DNA of 64,000 nt from Takakia lepidozioides (taxonomy: Eukaryota > Plantae > Bryophyta): assembly GCA_030704615.1 (NCBI GenBank), contig CM060732.1:2294001-2358000 (forward strand), written 5' to 3'. Below are positions 51,543-62,706 of the stretch, one piece after another. A program made the translations under genes and the position numbers. The notes beneath the pieces are model-generated. The model did not search any database. It saw nothing but the letters and a program-made list of their open reading frames with translations, and was not told the DNA's origin. Within the stretch, counting starts at the first letter, position 1; each line of letters opens with the position of its first letter.

Positions 51543-53036
51543 TCATCGAGTCACGGCTGCAGCAGACTCCACCTGCACTAGTGGTAGTGCTGCTCCACAC
51601 ATGAATCCCATGCCTCCCATATCTCCTCCCTTAGGAGCAGGAGGTGGACCATCCGGCCTTAGAGCCGGTACCACCTGGGCTGTAGCCATGGCAGCGAGCC
51701 TCTGCTCTAGCTGCTGAAGCCGGTTGGCCATGCCTTGGTCAACACCCTGACCTCCGCATCCTTGGCCATGTTGAGCTTGCCCTTGGCGTGCACCTTGTGG
51801 CTGGCCACCTCGTCCTCTCTGGGTTGCTCCACCTCGCCCCCGGCCACCATTGTTCCCTTGGAACTGGCCTGGGCGCAACTCAGGATGCAAACCATAACAC
51901 TGGGCCTCTCCATGCCCGTGCTTGCCACAATGCCTACACTGCAACTGTGCAGGCTGTGCATGTGTCCATCCTTTGCCTCCCTCTGGACAATCCTTCTTGA
52001 CATGGGGTCCTCCACATGTCCAGCACACCACCTCCGTCCGTTGTTGGCCAGCAAATGAAGGGAGAGACCCCTGCATCTGAGGTCCTCTCTGCCCTTCCCT
52101 GAGCTTCACTGAGCCCCTTGTTTGCCTTGAGCACGTTGAGGTAGTGGTTGGCTAGGAGCACCACTACCCCGTGGTGTCTCCTTAGCAAATCCCACCATGA
52201 CCACTCGTTCCTCCGCCATGTTGAGCTCTATCCGCTCTGCCAGCAAAAACACATTTGCTAAGGTGGGTTGGGCCGCTTGTAGGAGAGTTGCATCCCGCAC
52301 CCTTCTCCTCAGCTCCTTGTCCAATATCCATACCAGAATTGGACTGCCTGAGCTTCCGTAACCCCTGGGTTACATTTATCAAGCGCCTCATGCGAGTGAA
52401 AGCCTCCCTCAAGCTCTCGGTCGGCTTCCGTTGGAACTCTTGCAAGCTCCGCAACTTCTCTGTCCTCACCCCTTCGTAGTTCCCTCTCAACTCTTCGAAG
52501 AACTCCACAACAGGATTGAAGGCAGGCACGGGTACTAGTGCTGGTGCGGTAGTGGTTGGGTGGACGTCGTAGCTACTGTACCACCAGTCCCACTAGTCCC
52601 TCTGCTACTACTGAAGTTGCCGGTGCAGCGGCAGGTGTAGCCACTGCCCTCGTGGCTCTAGTGCCCCTAGTGATGGAGACATAGTCGGGTGACTAGTACA
52701 TCCTCCACTCCTCAATCTCAACCCCATGCCCCGCCCTGAACTCATGGTAATCATCCATAGGCGACCCCTCAAGGTGCTGAAACAGCCCTTTCCATGCCAT
52801 GAACGGCGTAAATAGTTGTGGATTGCGCATTTGCTGCAAATCACACCAACTATCAAACTCTTGGATAAAATCATCCAACTCGATGGTGCCCACCACCCCA
52901 GAGTACCTTCGTGGCCCCTGGTAGCTCCATACATCTCCTCCATTGTGTCCCACAACAATGGCAAAGAAACAACTTGCACCGCCGGTATGAGTCCTCCTGA
53001 TTCACAATCCGAATCAGAACCTTCCGTGGAAGACAC
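51543..53036 (-). pseudogene. gag with two zinc knuckles
   Basis: LDDFIQEFDSWCD, LQEFQRKPTESLREAFTRM, CWTCGGPHVKKDC, CRHCGKHGHGEAQC; frameshifted. Confidence 0.88.
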
Positions 53037-53869
53037 AGGGTGAAGGTGGCCTTAAACCGCACACCTCGTCTCGTGTAACCCACTAGTATCGCTAGTGCTC
53101 GAACCGGCACTGTCCCCAGCAACTAGGGGCACCTCCGTATTGACACTCACACCGGTAATGAACATGTCCCTAACCCCCTCTCCACAAGGTAACGGGTAGG
53201 GGTAGAGAACCTGTTGCGGCTTATGGTTTGGAATACTAAGTTCCTAACATAGCCTACACCTGTACCTGCATCCACCGCAAGCACTCCTATGGTTGGCTGG
53301 TCATCACCTCCAACCTCACCACAGAGAGAAACAATGATGGTCTGGCTGGTCATCACCCCAGCCTCACCATCGACAGCATATCTAGGACTGGCCGGTGATC
53401 AAATCCGGACCAATCACCTATAAAAACAAGCGCCCAAACAAAACTAGCATGGCGCACAGTCAACCATGCAGGTATGGAGGGCGATACAAACACAAGAAAT
53501 TGAACGACAACTCCCCCCCACCAAAAACAACTCCACGGTGTTGCCCCTGCAAGGACACCCCAGCCCAAACCCAGACTGACTCTTGCCTTTAGACCTACGG
53601 AAAGGTCTTGGCCTAATCGAGAGGGTGGAAACTACGAGGAAGAGAAGCTAAAGCAATGCCTAACCCCAGCATGCCTCATCCCAACACTCTTCCTCTCCTC
53701 TCTTCCTCACTTGCATGACCATGGGAGTATCATGAAGATACTCCTCATACCGCCCTCCACGAGCTTCAAAATTCGGCCTTCCAGACAACATGCCAGTCCT
53801 TAGGCAGTCCACAGTGCCTCCACGAGTAAGCACAGGCCGTCCACAGGTCAACACGGGCCACCAACAGAC

Positions 53870-54850
53870 CAGAAAGGCCCACACAGCTCACTGGGCACAA
53901 AGCCTGTCACAACCCTCAAAGCCCGTTCACAGGCTTGCCACAGCCTGTCACAGCCCGTCACAGACCCACACAGACTGTCACAACCCGACAGCCCGTCACA
54001 GGCCCCATAGGGGGCACGCGGGACAGCGTCACAGCCCTCACAGCCCGTCCCAGCTCGCCACAGCCCCTCACAGCCCAAAAGGCCTCAGGCAAGGCCTGCA
54101 CAGCCCCTCACAGCTCGTCAAAGCCCCAAGGCCATGGGCACAGCCTGTCACTGTCACAAGCCCCCTCACAGCCCCAAGGCCACGGGCACAGCCTGTCACA
54201 GCCCCTCACAGCCAGTCACAGCCCACATGGCCACTGGGCACAGCCTGTCACAGCCCGCACAGCCCGTCACAGCCCCACAGGGCATGGGCACAGCCTGTCA
54301 CAGCCCCTCACAGCCACAAAAGGCCACGGGCACAGCTGTCACAGCCCCGTCACAGCCCGTCACAGCCCCACAGGCCACTGGGCACAGCCTGTCACAGCCC
54401 CTCCACAGGCCCAAGGCCACGGGCACAGCCGGTCACAGGGACCCTCACAGCCCCCGTTGGTCACAGCAACACAGGCTCAGGCAAGGCATTTGAAACAGCC
54501 CTGCACAAGCCCATCACAGCCCCCAAAGGCCCTCCTGCCGGCCTGTCACCGCCTCACAGCCCGTCACAGCCCTCAAAGCCTCAGGCACGGCAGATACACA
54601 CCCCTCACAGCCATCACAGCCCAAAGGCCTCAGGCACGGCCGTCTCCAGACCCTAAGACCGGTCACAGCCCCACAGGCCACTGGGCACAGCCTGTCACAG
54701 CACCGCACACACCATCAAGCCCCAAAGGCCACTGGGCACGGCTTCTTGTCACAGCACCGCACAGCCCGTCACAGCCCCAAAGGCCTCAGGCACGGCCTGT
54801 CACAGCCCCTCACAGCCCCTCACAGCCCAAAGGCCTCGTCACAGCCCCAT
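53870..54850. repeat. Degenerate minisatellite (GTCACAGCC / CACAGCCC motifs) in the leader of the DNMT3 element
   Basis: Dozens of CACAGCC-containing units over about 1 kb. Confidence 0.9.
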
Positions 54851-56289
54851 CCATGGCCGCTCTAGCAGTTTAGCCATTTCTCCAAGGGGTTTAGCCACGC
54901 CAAGCTAGGGTTTGTGTCTCTTGGACTCTAGGCTTCTTTCCACGAGCTATGGCGGCTGTGAGGAAATCAACAAGGTATTCTTGCTCTTTCGGCTCCCACA
55001 CACCACCATAGTAGCCCTAAGCCATGAGGTGGTTGCCACAAACCAAGCCTTCTTTCTCACTTAGCCTCCCCAAACACGCCACTAAACTCAATGGCAAACA
55101 ACCAAGCCCTGCTGGTTTCCAGCCCTTGTGAGCACTCATTCAAGCACTCTCCTGGGCCATAACATCTGTCTTAGAGCCTATTCCAGCCCCTACACCTGCT
55201 GCTTCAAGAGTTGCGCTCCCTTCAAGCTTGAAGTTGAAACCCCAACTCACATAGGCCCTACAAGTGCTTTTCTTTCACTCCAAGTGGAAACCAGCCCTAG
55301 ACCTTCCGTTCTAGCTCTCTAAAGCTTGAAAACAAGAGCCTCAATGGGCTGAAGGCATGCTCCACACATGCCCCACTCTCACCATAAGAGAATCAGCTCC
55401 TTTACTTCATTTCTTGCACCCACAAACCTGAAAGTGCAAGCCTTCATCAGGATGATAGCATGCTCCACACATGCATTGCCCTCGCATAAGGGAAGTCAGC
55501 CCTTCCCACTTCCTTGCTTGCCCTCCAAGCTTGAAGATGGAAGCTTCAATGAGCTGAATACATGCTCCACACATGCAACCTCTTCACACAAGAGATATCA
55601 GCCCCCTATCTTGGCCTTGGCTCCTTGATGCTCTCTAAGACAAGACTAAGCACTCCACAGCCTTTGCCAAGCTCCTGAAACCCTAAGGCTTACATTTCCA
55701 GCCACAAGACACTTCTCTTGTGGTGCAAGAGCTCTTCTTCCAAGCTCTGAAACCCTAGGTGCACATTCCATGCCCTTGCCGCACCTCTTAGCTCCTGTTC
55801 CAGCCCTGCTCTTGCCATGACAAGAGCCCTCTCAATGCTGAAGCTCGAGATTGAAACCCAATCTCACCATACTCCACAAAGTGCACTGATTTGCCCCAAG
55901 CCAAATCAGCCCTTTCGCTTGGTCTTGCAATCCTTCACACAATGAAAGCTCGCATTCCCAAGTCTAGTTCTCAGCTTTGCCACCAAAGCCACTATAACCT
56001 GCTCTTGACTGGTCCTCTTCCCAATCGTGCTTGCTCATGCATGTACACAATCTGAAACCATCAAGGTGCTCTGGAATTACCTGCAGCATGGTGCTTTCAT
56101 CTCTGAAGCTAAAGATCGAATGCCAAGGTCTACCACCTCGTAACCCACATCGCCTCCGCTTCTAACAACCAAAAGCTCCACGGTGCTCCTTGCATAACAA
56201 CTTGGTTTCTCTCATTCTCAAGCAAAAACCACAAGTGCTACAACTAACTCGTATTTGGCACTCACAGATACGAGCTCATCTTTCTCGAG

Positions 56290-56616
56290 TAATAAAGAAG
56301 AAGAATACAAGCACAAGCTCATGCGAGCTCACAAATCTGAAACATAAACTCATGCATATATAACCTTATCACTCAAATACAAGTCAAGCCAAGTGCACCC
56401 CACGCCATGGGGAATCCACACTACGGCGCCATAGCTAGGCGCGGTGAGGCTCAACTCGAGAAAGATGAGCCTTCCGCGCTTGCCGTGAAGATAACCACTC
56501 CAGGGCCTAAATCTGCCTTGACCCCTGGATTGACACTTGGGCCAATCCCAAATGTCAATATGTAAAAGCTAGCTATTTCTTAGCTAGTTTCACACTAGTG
56601 GTAAAATAACTTGACA
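56290..56616 (-). repeat. 5' terminal repeat (B) of the DNMT3 element
   Basis: Matches 46460-46786; begins TGTCAAG on the minus strand. Confidence 0.92.
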
Positions 56617-57600
56617 CGTGTGCAAGCCTGGCAGCCCTGGAAAAGGGCAAAGAGGTGCATGGCGACATCGTCAGAGCTGGAATCATACCAGATGTGATCC
56701 TGAACACTGCCCTGGTGGACTTGTATGCCAAATGTGGGAGCATCAAGGATGCAAAGAGAGTGATCAACAATATGGTTGAACGAAATGTGGTGTCGTGGAG
56801 TGCGATGCTCGCAGTGAATGCACAACAGGGGCGCGGGATGGAGGCTTTGGAGACGTATGAGCAAATAATGTGCGAAGGGGTGAAGCCCGACCACATCACG
56901 TTTGTGTGCACTCGCAATGCTTGTGCAAGCTTGGCAGCCCTGGAAAAGGGCAAAGAGGTGAATGGTGACATCATCAAAGCTGGAATTGTACCAAATGTCA
57001 TTCTGAACACAGCCATGGCAGCTCTGGAAAAGGGCTTGCAAAGAGGTCCATGGCGACATCATCAGGGCTGGAATTGTACCAAATGTCATTTTGAACAATA
57101 CCCTGGTGGACATGTATGCAAAATGTGGGTGCAGGAGCAAACATGTATGTTAAGTGCATGAGCATCATGCATGCATGCTCATGAAGTTTTCAACAGAATG
57201 TCTCAATGATCTTTGATCATGTGGAATAAATGTTGGCAGGATTTACCAAGCATGGGTGTGGTAGGAATGCTTTGGAGACCTATGAGCAAATGCTACGCGA
57301 AGGGGTGAAGCCCAACCACATCACGTTTGTTTGTGTGTTGCAATGCGTGTGCAAGCCTAGGACCTCTAGAAAAGGGGAAAGATAGAGGTCCATGGTGACA
57401 TCATCAAAGCTGGAATTGTACCAGATGTCATTCTGAACAGTGCCCTGGTGGACATGTATGCGAAATGTGGGTACATTAAGGATGCGAAGGGAGTTTTCAA
57501 CATTATGGCTGAACGAGATGTGGTGTCATGGAACGCGATGCTTGCAGGGTATGCAGAGCAGGGACATGGTATGGAGACCTATGATCAAATGATGGGGGAA
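56617..57600 (+). pseudogene. Continuation of the PLS-PPR fragment after the retroelement insertion
   Basis: Resumes CASLAALEKGKEVHGDIVRAG..MYAKCG; more decayed units. Confidence 0.9.
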
Positions 57601-59205
57601 GGGGGCACCTTCTTCAATAGCTCACAGCGGCTACAAGTGGGTAGATGGTCAACTGGAAACAGCAGCGACAGCAGCACAATTCATAAAACAAGGCGCTGCT
57701 AATGAAGGTACCTTCTTCAACATATTTCATCTTGTTTTCCCCTGCTATCAGAGTCGTCCCTAAATTTTTAATGTTGAATTCTGCAAGTTAGCTCGTTGGT
57801 GGATCTATGGTAGTTTTGGAGTGATTTTGACATGTTACTGCCAATGTGATTGACAGGAAAGTATTGAAAAATAGATAACAGAGACTCGAGGAGAAGCTCT
57901 AGGATGAATACGTTCCTGACCTCAGTCAATGGTGGAACAATCGAGGCAAAAGGTGAATGCCTGTTGGAAGCAGACGCAAGTCAACATAAGAACTAGTGTG
58001 ATAAGTAGGGTTGGGGTGTTTGCTCAAGCAATTCTAGGCTGTCATTGTCAGCTGCTAGCAGCAAGGCGAGGATGTATGCATGATTTGTGCAGGGGCATGG
58101 ATAGCTGAAGGAGCAGGGATAGATGTGTGGGTCCAGATTCATCCAAGAGGGCCGGATTTCAAGCTCCATATTACCTATGATTCCCTGTGGAAGGATAGGT
58201 ACAAGAAACCTGCATGGGTAGATGGTCAATTGGAAGCCGCAGCAGCAGCGGCACAATTGATCAAATCAGGCACTGTTAATCAAGGCACCTTCTTCAACAC
58301 ATTCACCCTGTTTTTCCCTCTTATCAAATCGGCCGTAAGTATTGCACTGTTTAATAGGGTCCTTGATTCTAGTAGCACCAGAACAAACTAATATTACAAC
58401 AATTCAGCCCATGTGTGGGCTTGCTTATTTTTTGTTTACTGGACCTTTCAGGCATGGATTTTTGGACCTTGTGGCCTTTGGGGTGTCCATTGGGACATTG
58501 GTCTCATTTGGATTTTTGTAATATAATTTACAGGGCGTGTATTTCCCTGTACTTGTCTTTTTTGAATGTCCTTGTGGTTGCTAGTATGCAAGAGGGGTCC
58601 ATTCCGTTTTTATATCATAATTTCACCATATAATGAAGAATTTAAATCATTTAATCTATTTTTATTTTATATAACATTATTAAATTAAACAATAATACCA
58701 TTGAATAAAAATTCCAAGCTGCTATCCCCTGTTTTCAAAAATAAAAATATAAATTTAAGAATTTAAAATTACAAATATAACTATTAAATTATTTTCAGAG
58801 ACATTCTTGATGACACGTGGCATAAACCCTGCCATATATGCTAGTCATATATTATGTCTAAGTGCCACATGTCACATCTGAAGTGCAACAGGCGTCGTGA
58901 CGTGTCGCTTGCGCAGTGGTGCACGTGTTCCTCTAAAGCCTCTCCATGTAGGCAACACTCATCAGACAATGTAGTCATATAATTAGTCATATGTAAGTCA
59001 TAGAGTTGTAACTACATCACTCTCTTATGCATGACTCCAGGTGCCACGCACGCGGTCACGGCTATGACTTGCAAAATGCAGTCCTAAAGACTAGTCGCTA
59101 TGACAAGGTTTTTTTCACTATAGAGTGATGTAGCCATGAACGCATATAGGACTGAAAAAATAGTCATATGTGCAGTCATAAAAACGCTCATCTGTTGTAG
59201 TGTTA

Positions 59206-61260
59206 TTATATGCGTTTCATCAAAAACTTTGCAAAACTTGCTCACCCTCTAACCAAGGTCTTGTGCAAAGATGCCCGGTTTGAATGGACCTTCTCCCAGC
59301 AAGCTACATTTGAATCCGATGTTGCTATTTCTGCAATCTTGTGTCAAGTTGTAGAAGACAAAGAGCATGTGATAGCCTATGCCTCCCGCCGTCTCGATCG
59401 TCATGAGCGGAATTATTCCATATCTGATAAAGAGGGTCTGGCCCTGGTCTTTGGTGTGAAACATTTCAGGCAGTATTTATATGGTAGCCGGTTTGTGGTA
59501 CAGACTGATCACCTTCCACTAAAAGCTCTTGTTAAGCCAAGGGAGCTTCATGGCAGACTTGTTAGATGGGCTATGTACGTGCAGGAGTTCAACATGGATA
59601 TAGTCTACAAGAAGGGCAATGAAAATACAAATGCTGATGCACTTACTCGTGTTGATCATCCTGTTAGCAGGCCTATGCTCACCTTGGTTGACCTTGCTGC
59701 TGCTGATGCAGCCCATCTTTTTTATCCAGCTCCTCTTCTCAACCTCCTTTGTGCAGATCAGCACCCCTTGGCCTTGGATTCTCATGGCATTTTTGGCTAC
59801 TTGGGGCTGGTCTAGCCTTCTTGATGATCCTGGTTGATTTGTTCATGTGTTAGTGTGTATGGTGGATCTATCGCTTTAGAGAGAATTTGGATAGTTTTGT
59901 CATGTTCCAGCTCTTTTCTTTCCTAGGCTCCCAAGTTTGTTGTAACTCAGCTGCTGCACTCCGGTGTGGCTATTGGCTTGAGCTTCAAGGCCTGATTTGG
60001 CTGTCCACGAGTAGTAACAAATCAGGTGAAGGTATATCCCTGGCTGGAGATATTAGGTGTAGGCACTCTAGACCACCTTCTCTAAAGCCCATTGTCTATC
60101 TCTTATGTGCAGTGCAGTCATGGATGATCAGTTACATGTTGCGCTACTCCAGCGATGCCAATCAGGGCATTCGTCAGCTGGCTTTTCCGAGTCCTTGCGT
60201 AAACAAATTCTCTATCATGTGTCTACTCACCGTTTTATGGGTGCTAAGCTGTTCAAGGAACTCGCTCGAGGGGAGTGTCATGCTATTTGGAGGTGCCACC
60301 ACGGAGCCAGCTGAATGTTTTATTGGAGTGTTTCCATTGTTCCATGTATGCAGGTCACCTTGGCAAGAAAACCGTGGCCCGCATCCAAGAGGTTTACTAT
60401 TGGCTGGGGATTCACCGGGATGTCACGAAGTTCATCTCTAAGTGTGAAGGTTGTCGTGCTAACATTGCTCTCCCTAGGGCCCGGATTTTGTATGAGCTGC
60501 AGCCTTTGCCTGTTACACATGCTTTTGCTCGTGTTGGCGAGGTGTTGGCATTGACTTGGTAGGACCCCTCACACTGATCATATCAAAGGGTCGAAGCTAC
60601 CTTTGTGTTGCTACCGACTACTTGACTAAGTGGGTAGAAGTCCGGCCTTGGCGTACCAAGGGTAGTGATTCTGTAGCTCAGTTCTTCTTCAATGAGATCC
60701 TTATGTGATATGGGTGTCATTGGGAGATACTAACAGATCAGGGCAAAGAGTTTGTAACCATCTCCTCACGCTGGTATGCTTCAATTTTGGTGTCAAGCAT
60801 TCCACCACAGCCCCATACCATCCCGAGACCAATGGCCTTACGGAACGCTTCAACCAAACTTTTTGCCGAATGTTGGAGAAGAATGGCGCACTTACCAGGG
60901 AGTGGGATACCTTTCTTCCCCCTATTATCTTTGCTTATCGCACCACCGTGTATGCTAGCACTAAGAAGACTCCTTTTGAGTTGTTGTATGGTCGCAAATG
61001 TGTTTCTCCTTTGCATTCTACCCCTCTCATCTCTACTGTTGTTGATCCGGTTGATCTTGATACCTTTGTTGAGGATCTTCATGCTTGGCATGCGGTATCT
61101 ATCCACGATGCCAAGATGAACATTGGTAAGGCTCAGCTAACCCAGGCCCGCAATTTTAACAAGCGTGTCAAGTATTCTAACTTGTTTCAGGTCGAACAAA
61201 CCGTGTGCATTCGGCTTCAGCATGGTAAGCATGCATGCAAATCTAAATTCAAGATCGACG
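59206..61260 (+). pseudogene. RNase H and integrase of the large gypsy element
   Basis: VIAYASRRL..RNYSISDKEGLALVFGVKHFRQYLYG..TDH..NTNADALTR; H..GH..CEGC; TDYLTKWVE; YHPETNGLTERFNQT. Confidence 0.9.
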
Positions 61261-61307
61261 GTCCATACTTGCTCTTCACCCAACAGTGCAGGATGATGTT
61301 ATCAAAT

Positions 61308-61544
61308 CAAGCAGACAACTAGGGTTTTGTATAAAGACGGCGGCCTGACACAAGTCAGGCAACCTATGTACACTGGTGTTACTGTACATGTGAAGCTTTT
61401 GAGCAGGCAGTGGATGAGAGCTTTTGGTGTCAGATTCCTGGGTTGTTCCTCCTCTCGCGCGTCGCTCGTCTCTTCTTGCTTGCCCCTTTGTTGTGAAAAG
61501 TTGGTTCTTGAGAAGAAATGAGCATATACTTCACGCTCACTTTG
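61308..61544 (+). repeat. 3' LTR of the large gypsy element (aligned portion)
   Basis: Aligns with 36280-36524. Confidence 0.75.
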
Positions 61545-61917
61545 AGGCTTCACAAGGTGGTAGCCCGAGGGCGTGGGAATCTTGATTCGCGCAAAGCCCA
61601 AGTTACAGGACTTTAACTCACGTAAAAATTGCATGTGAAAAGAAAACTACCTGCCTATCTGAGATTACGGGCCCAGCCCATGGGCTCCATGGCATAACAG
61701 GACAAGCGGGGTTTTATGCTATTTAAAGCCCACCAAAACTACACTAGCTATGTTTTTACGTTTTCCAACTCTATGAATTTTTGTTCTTGAGTACATTTAC
61801 TAAGGCTGTGTTACCTTTACACACAGCCGTTGCCCGTTTCTGAGGGTCTCCTCATCAGTTGTTGCAATCATTCTAGTGGATTTGTTGGCCAAAAATCTTG
61901 GATCGAGCCGTTTGCAC

Positions 61918-62706
61918 CAGTGTTGGCCGGGTATGGCATCTTGACATGCATATCCGGCGGTTATTTGCCGGTTATGCACATGTGCATAACCGAAAAGTGC
62001 AGCCCCCGCAGGAACCGGCTATGGAAGGGAACCGGAAAAAAAATCGAGCTTCCTAACCGGCTAGAGAACCGGCATGGTGATTGTAAGGGTGCTATACCCG
62101 GAGCAAGATCCGGAGCAAATGTGGATGGCGTAGAGGCGGTTCTAGATAATACAAGTGTAAGGGTTAGTGATGGTAGTTAAGAAATTACAGATGTTGGGGA
62201 GATTAGGTGCACAACATTAATGAGAATGTCCAAGTAGGAAATTAATTAGTTGGGCATTTGGCATTTGGCTAAGACAATAGTTGTAAGTTGTAAGCTTAGT
62301 GTATTAGAGGGGCAGAGCCCTCAGCCTGAAGGCAGAGAGATAGATGACAAGGTTGAACGTTTGAACTTTGAACCCGAGACCCACAAGCCAATACTCGAGT
62401 GGCTTATCACCAGAGCCCTTTTGTGTATAGTTTTACACACCTACACAAAAATGCTAGAAAAAGTCAAAATAAATAAAAGTGGATGAATCCCATAACCGGT
62501 ACCATGGAACCGGCACTTTTTTAAGATGGCACAACCGGTAGATTGAGAACCGGACAACAAAAAATCCATGTGTTTATTGAGAACCTGTAACCGAGATGTT
62601 TTTCAAACCTATTGGTATACCCTGCCCCGGCCATCCATTTTTTTCAAAGAGTACGCCATAACCGGGACCGGGAGAGGGCTCAAAACATGGTACCCGGCCA
62701 ACACTG
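61918..62706. mobile_element. hAT-type MITE
   Basis: Perfect 16-bp TIR CAGTGTTGGCCGGGTA / TACCCGGCCAACACTG; perfect 8-bp TSD GTTTGCAC; AACCGG subterminal motifs. Confidence 0.92.

Larger units (their letters stand above)
46271..56616 (-). mobile_element. Ty3/gypsy-like retroelement encoding a DNMT3-like methyltransferase and a PHD-finger integrase, with split terminal repeats
   Basis: Termini TGTC...GACA; 4-bp flanks CATG / CGTG within a PPR unit; repeat A 46271-46458 and 46789-46976; repeat B 46460-46786 and 56290-56616; PPT GCTAGGGGGGCG (46979-46990); gag, PR, MTase, INT and PHD on the minus strand. Confidence 0.93.
41952..59202. mobile_element. CACTA (En/Spm) non-autonomous element carrying gene fragments (Pack-CACTA)
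   Basis: TIR CACTACAAGAGATGAGCGTTTTTA / TAAAAACGCTCATCTGTTGTAGTG; 3-bp TSD TTA at 41949-41951 and 59203-59205; GACTAC/TAGTCAT subterminal repeats; removing it restores the gypsy RT frame; no transposase seen. Confidence 0.93.
36280..61544 (+). mobile_element. Large non-chromovirus Ty3/gypsy LTR retrotransposon (gag, PR, dUTPase-like, RT, RH, INT) interrupted by nested elements
   Basis: Direct repeats at about 36280-36524 and 61308-61544; PBS-like TGGTGGAGA after the first; gag about 39700-40340; protease IVDTR; RT YVDD near 41690; the RT reading GLASY|YMRFIKNFA continues across the CACTA insertion; RNase H 59206-59660; integrase about 60300-61260. Confidence 0.9.

Noticed and set aside
53790-54873. 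288-aa and 312-aa plus-strand ORFs
   Set aside because: They are stop-free by virtue of the CACAGCC minisatellite, and the translations are low complexity.
46271-56616. Classification as a DIRS/Ngaro tyrosine-recombinase element because of the split repeats
   Set aside because: It encodes a protease and a DDE integrase, has a PPT, and no recombinase is visible.
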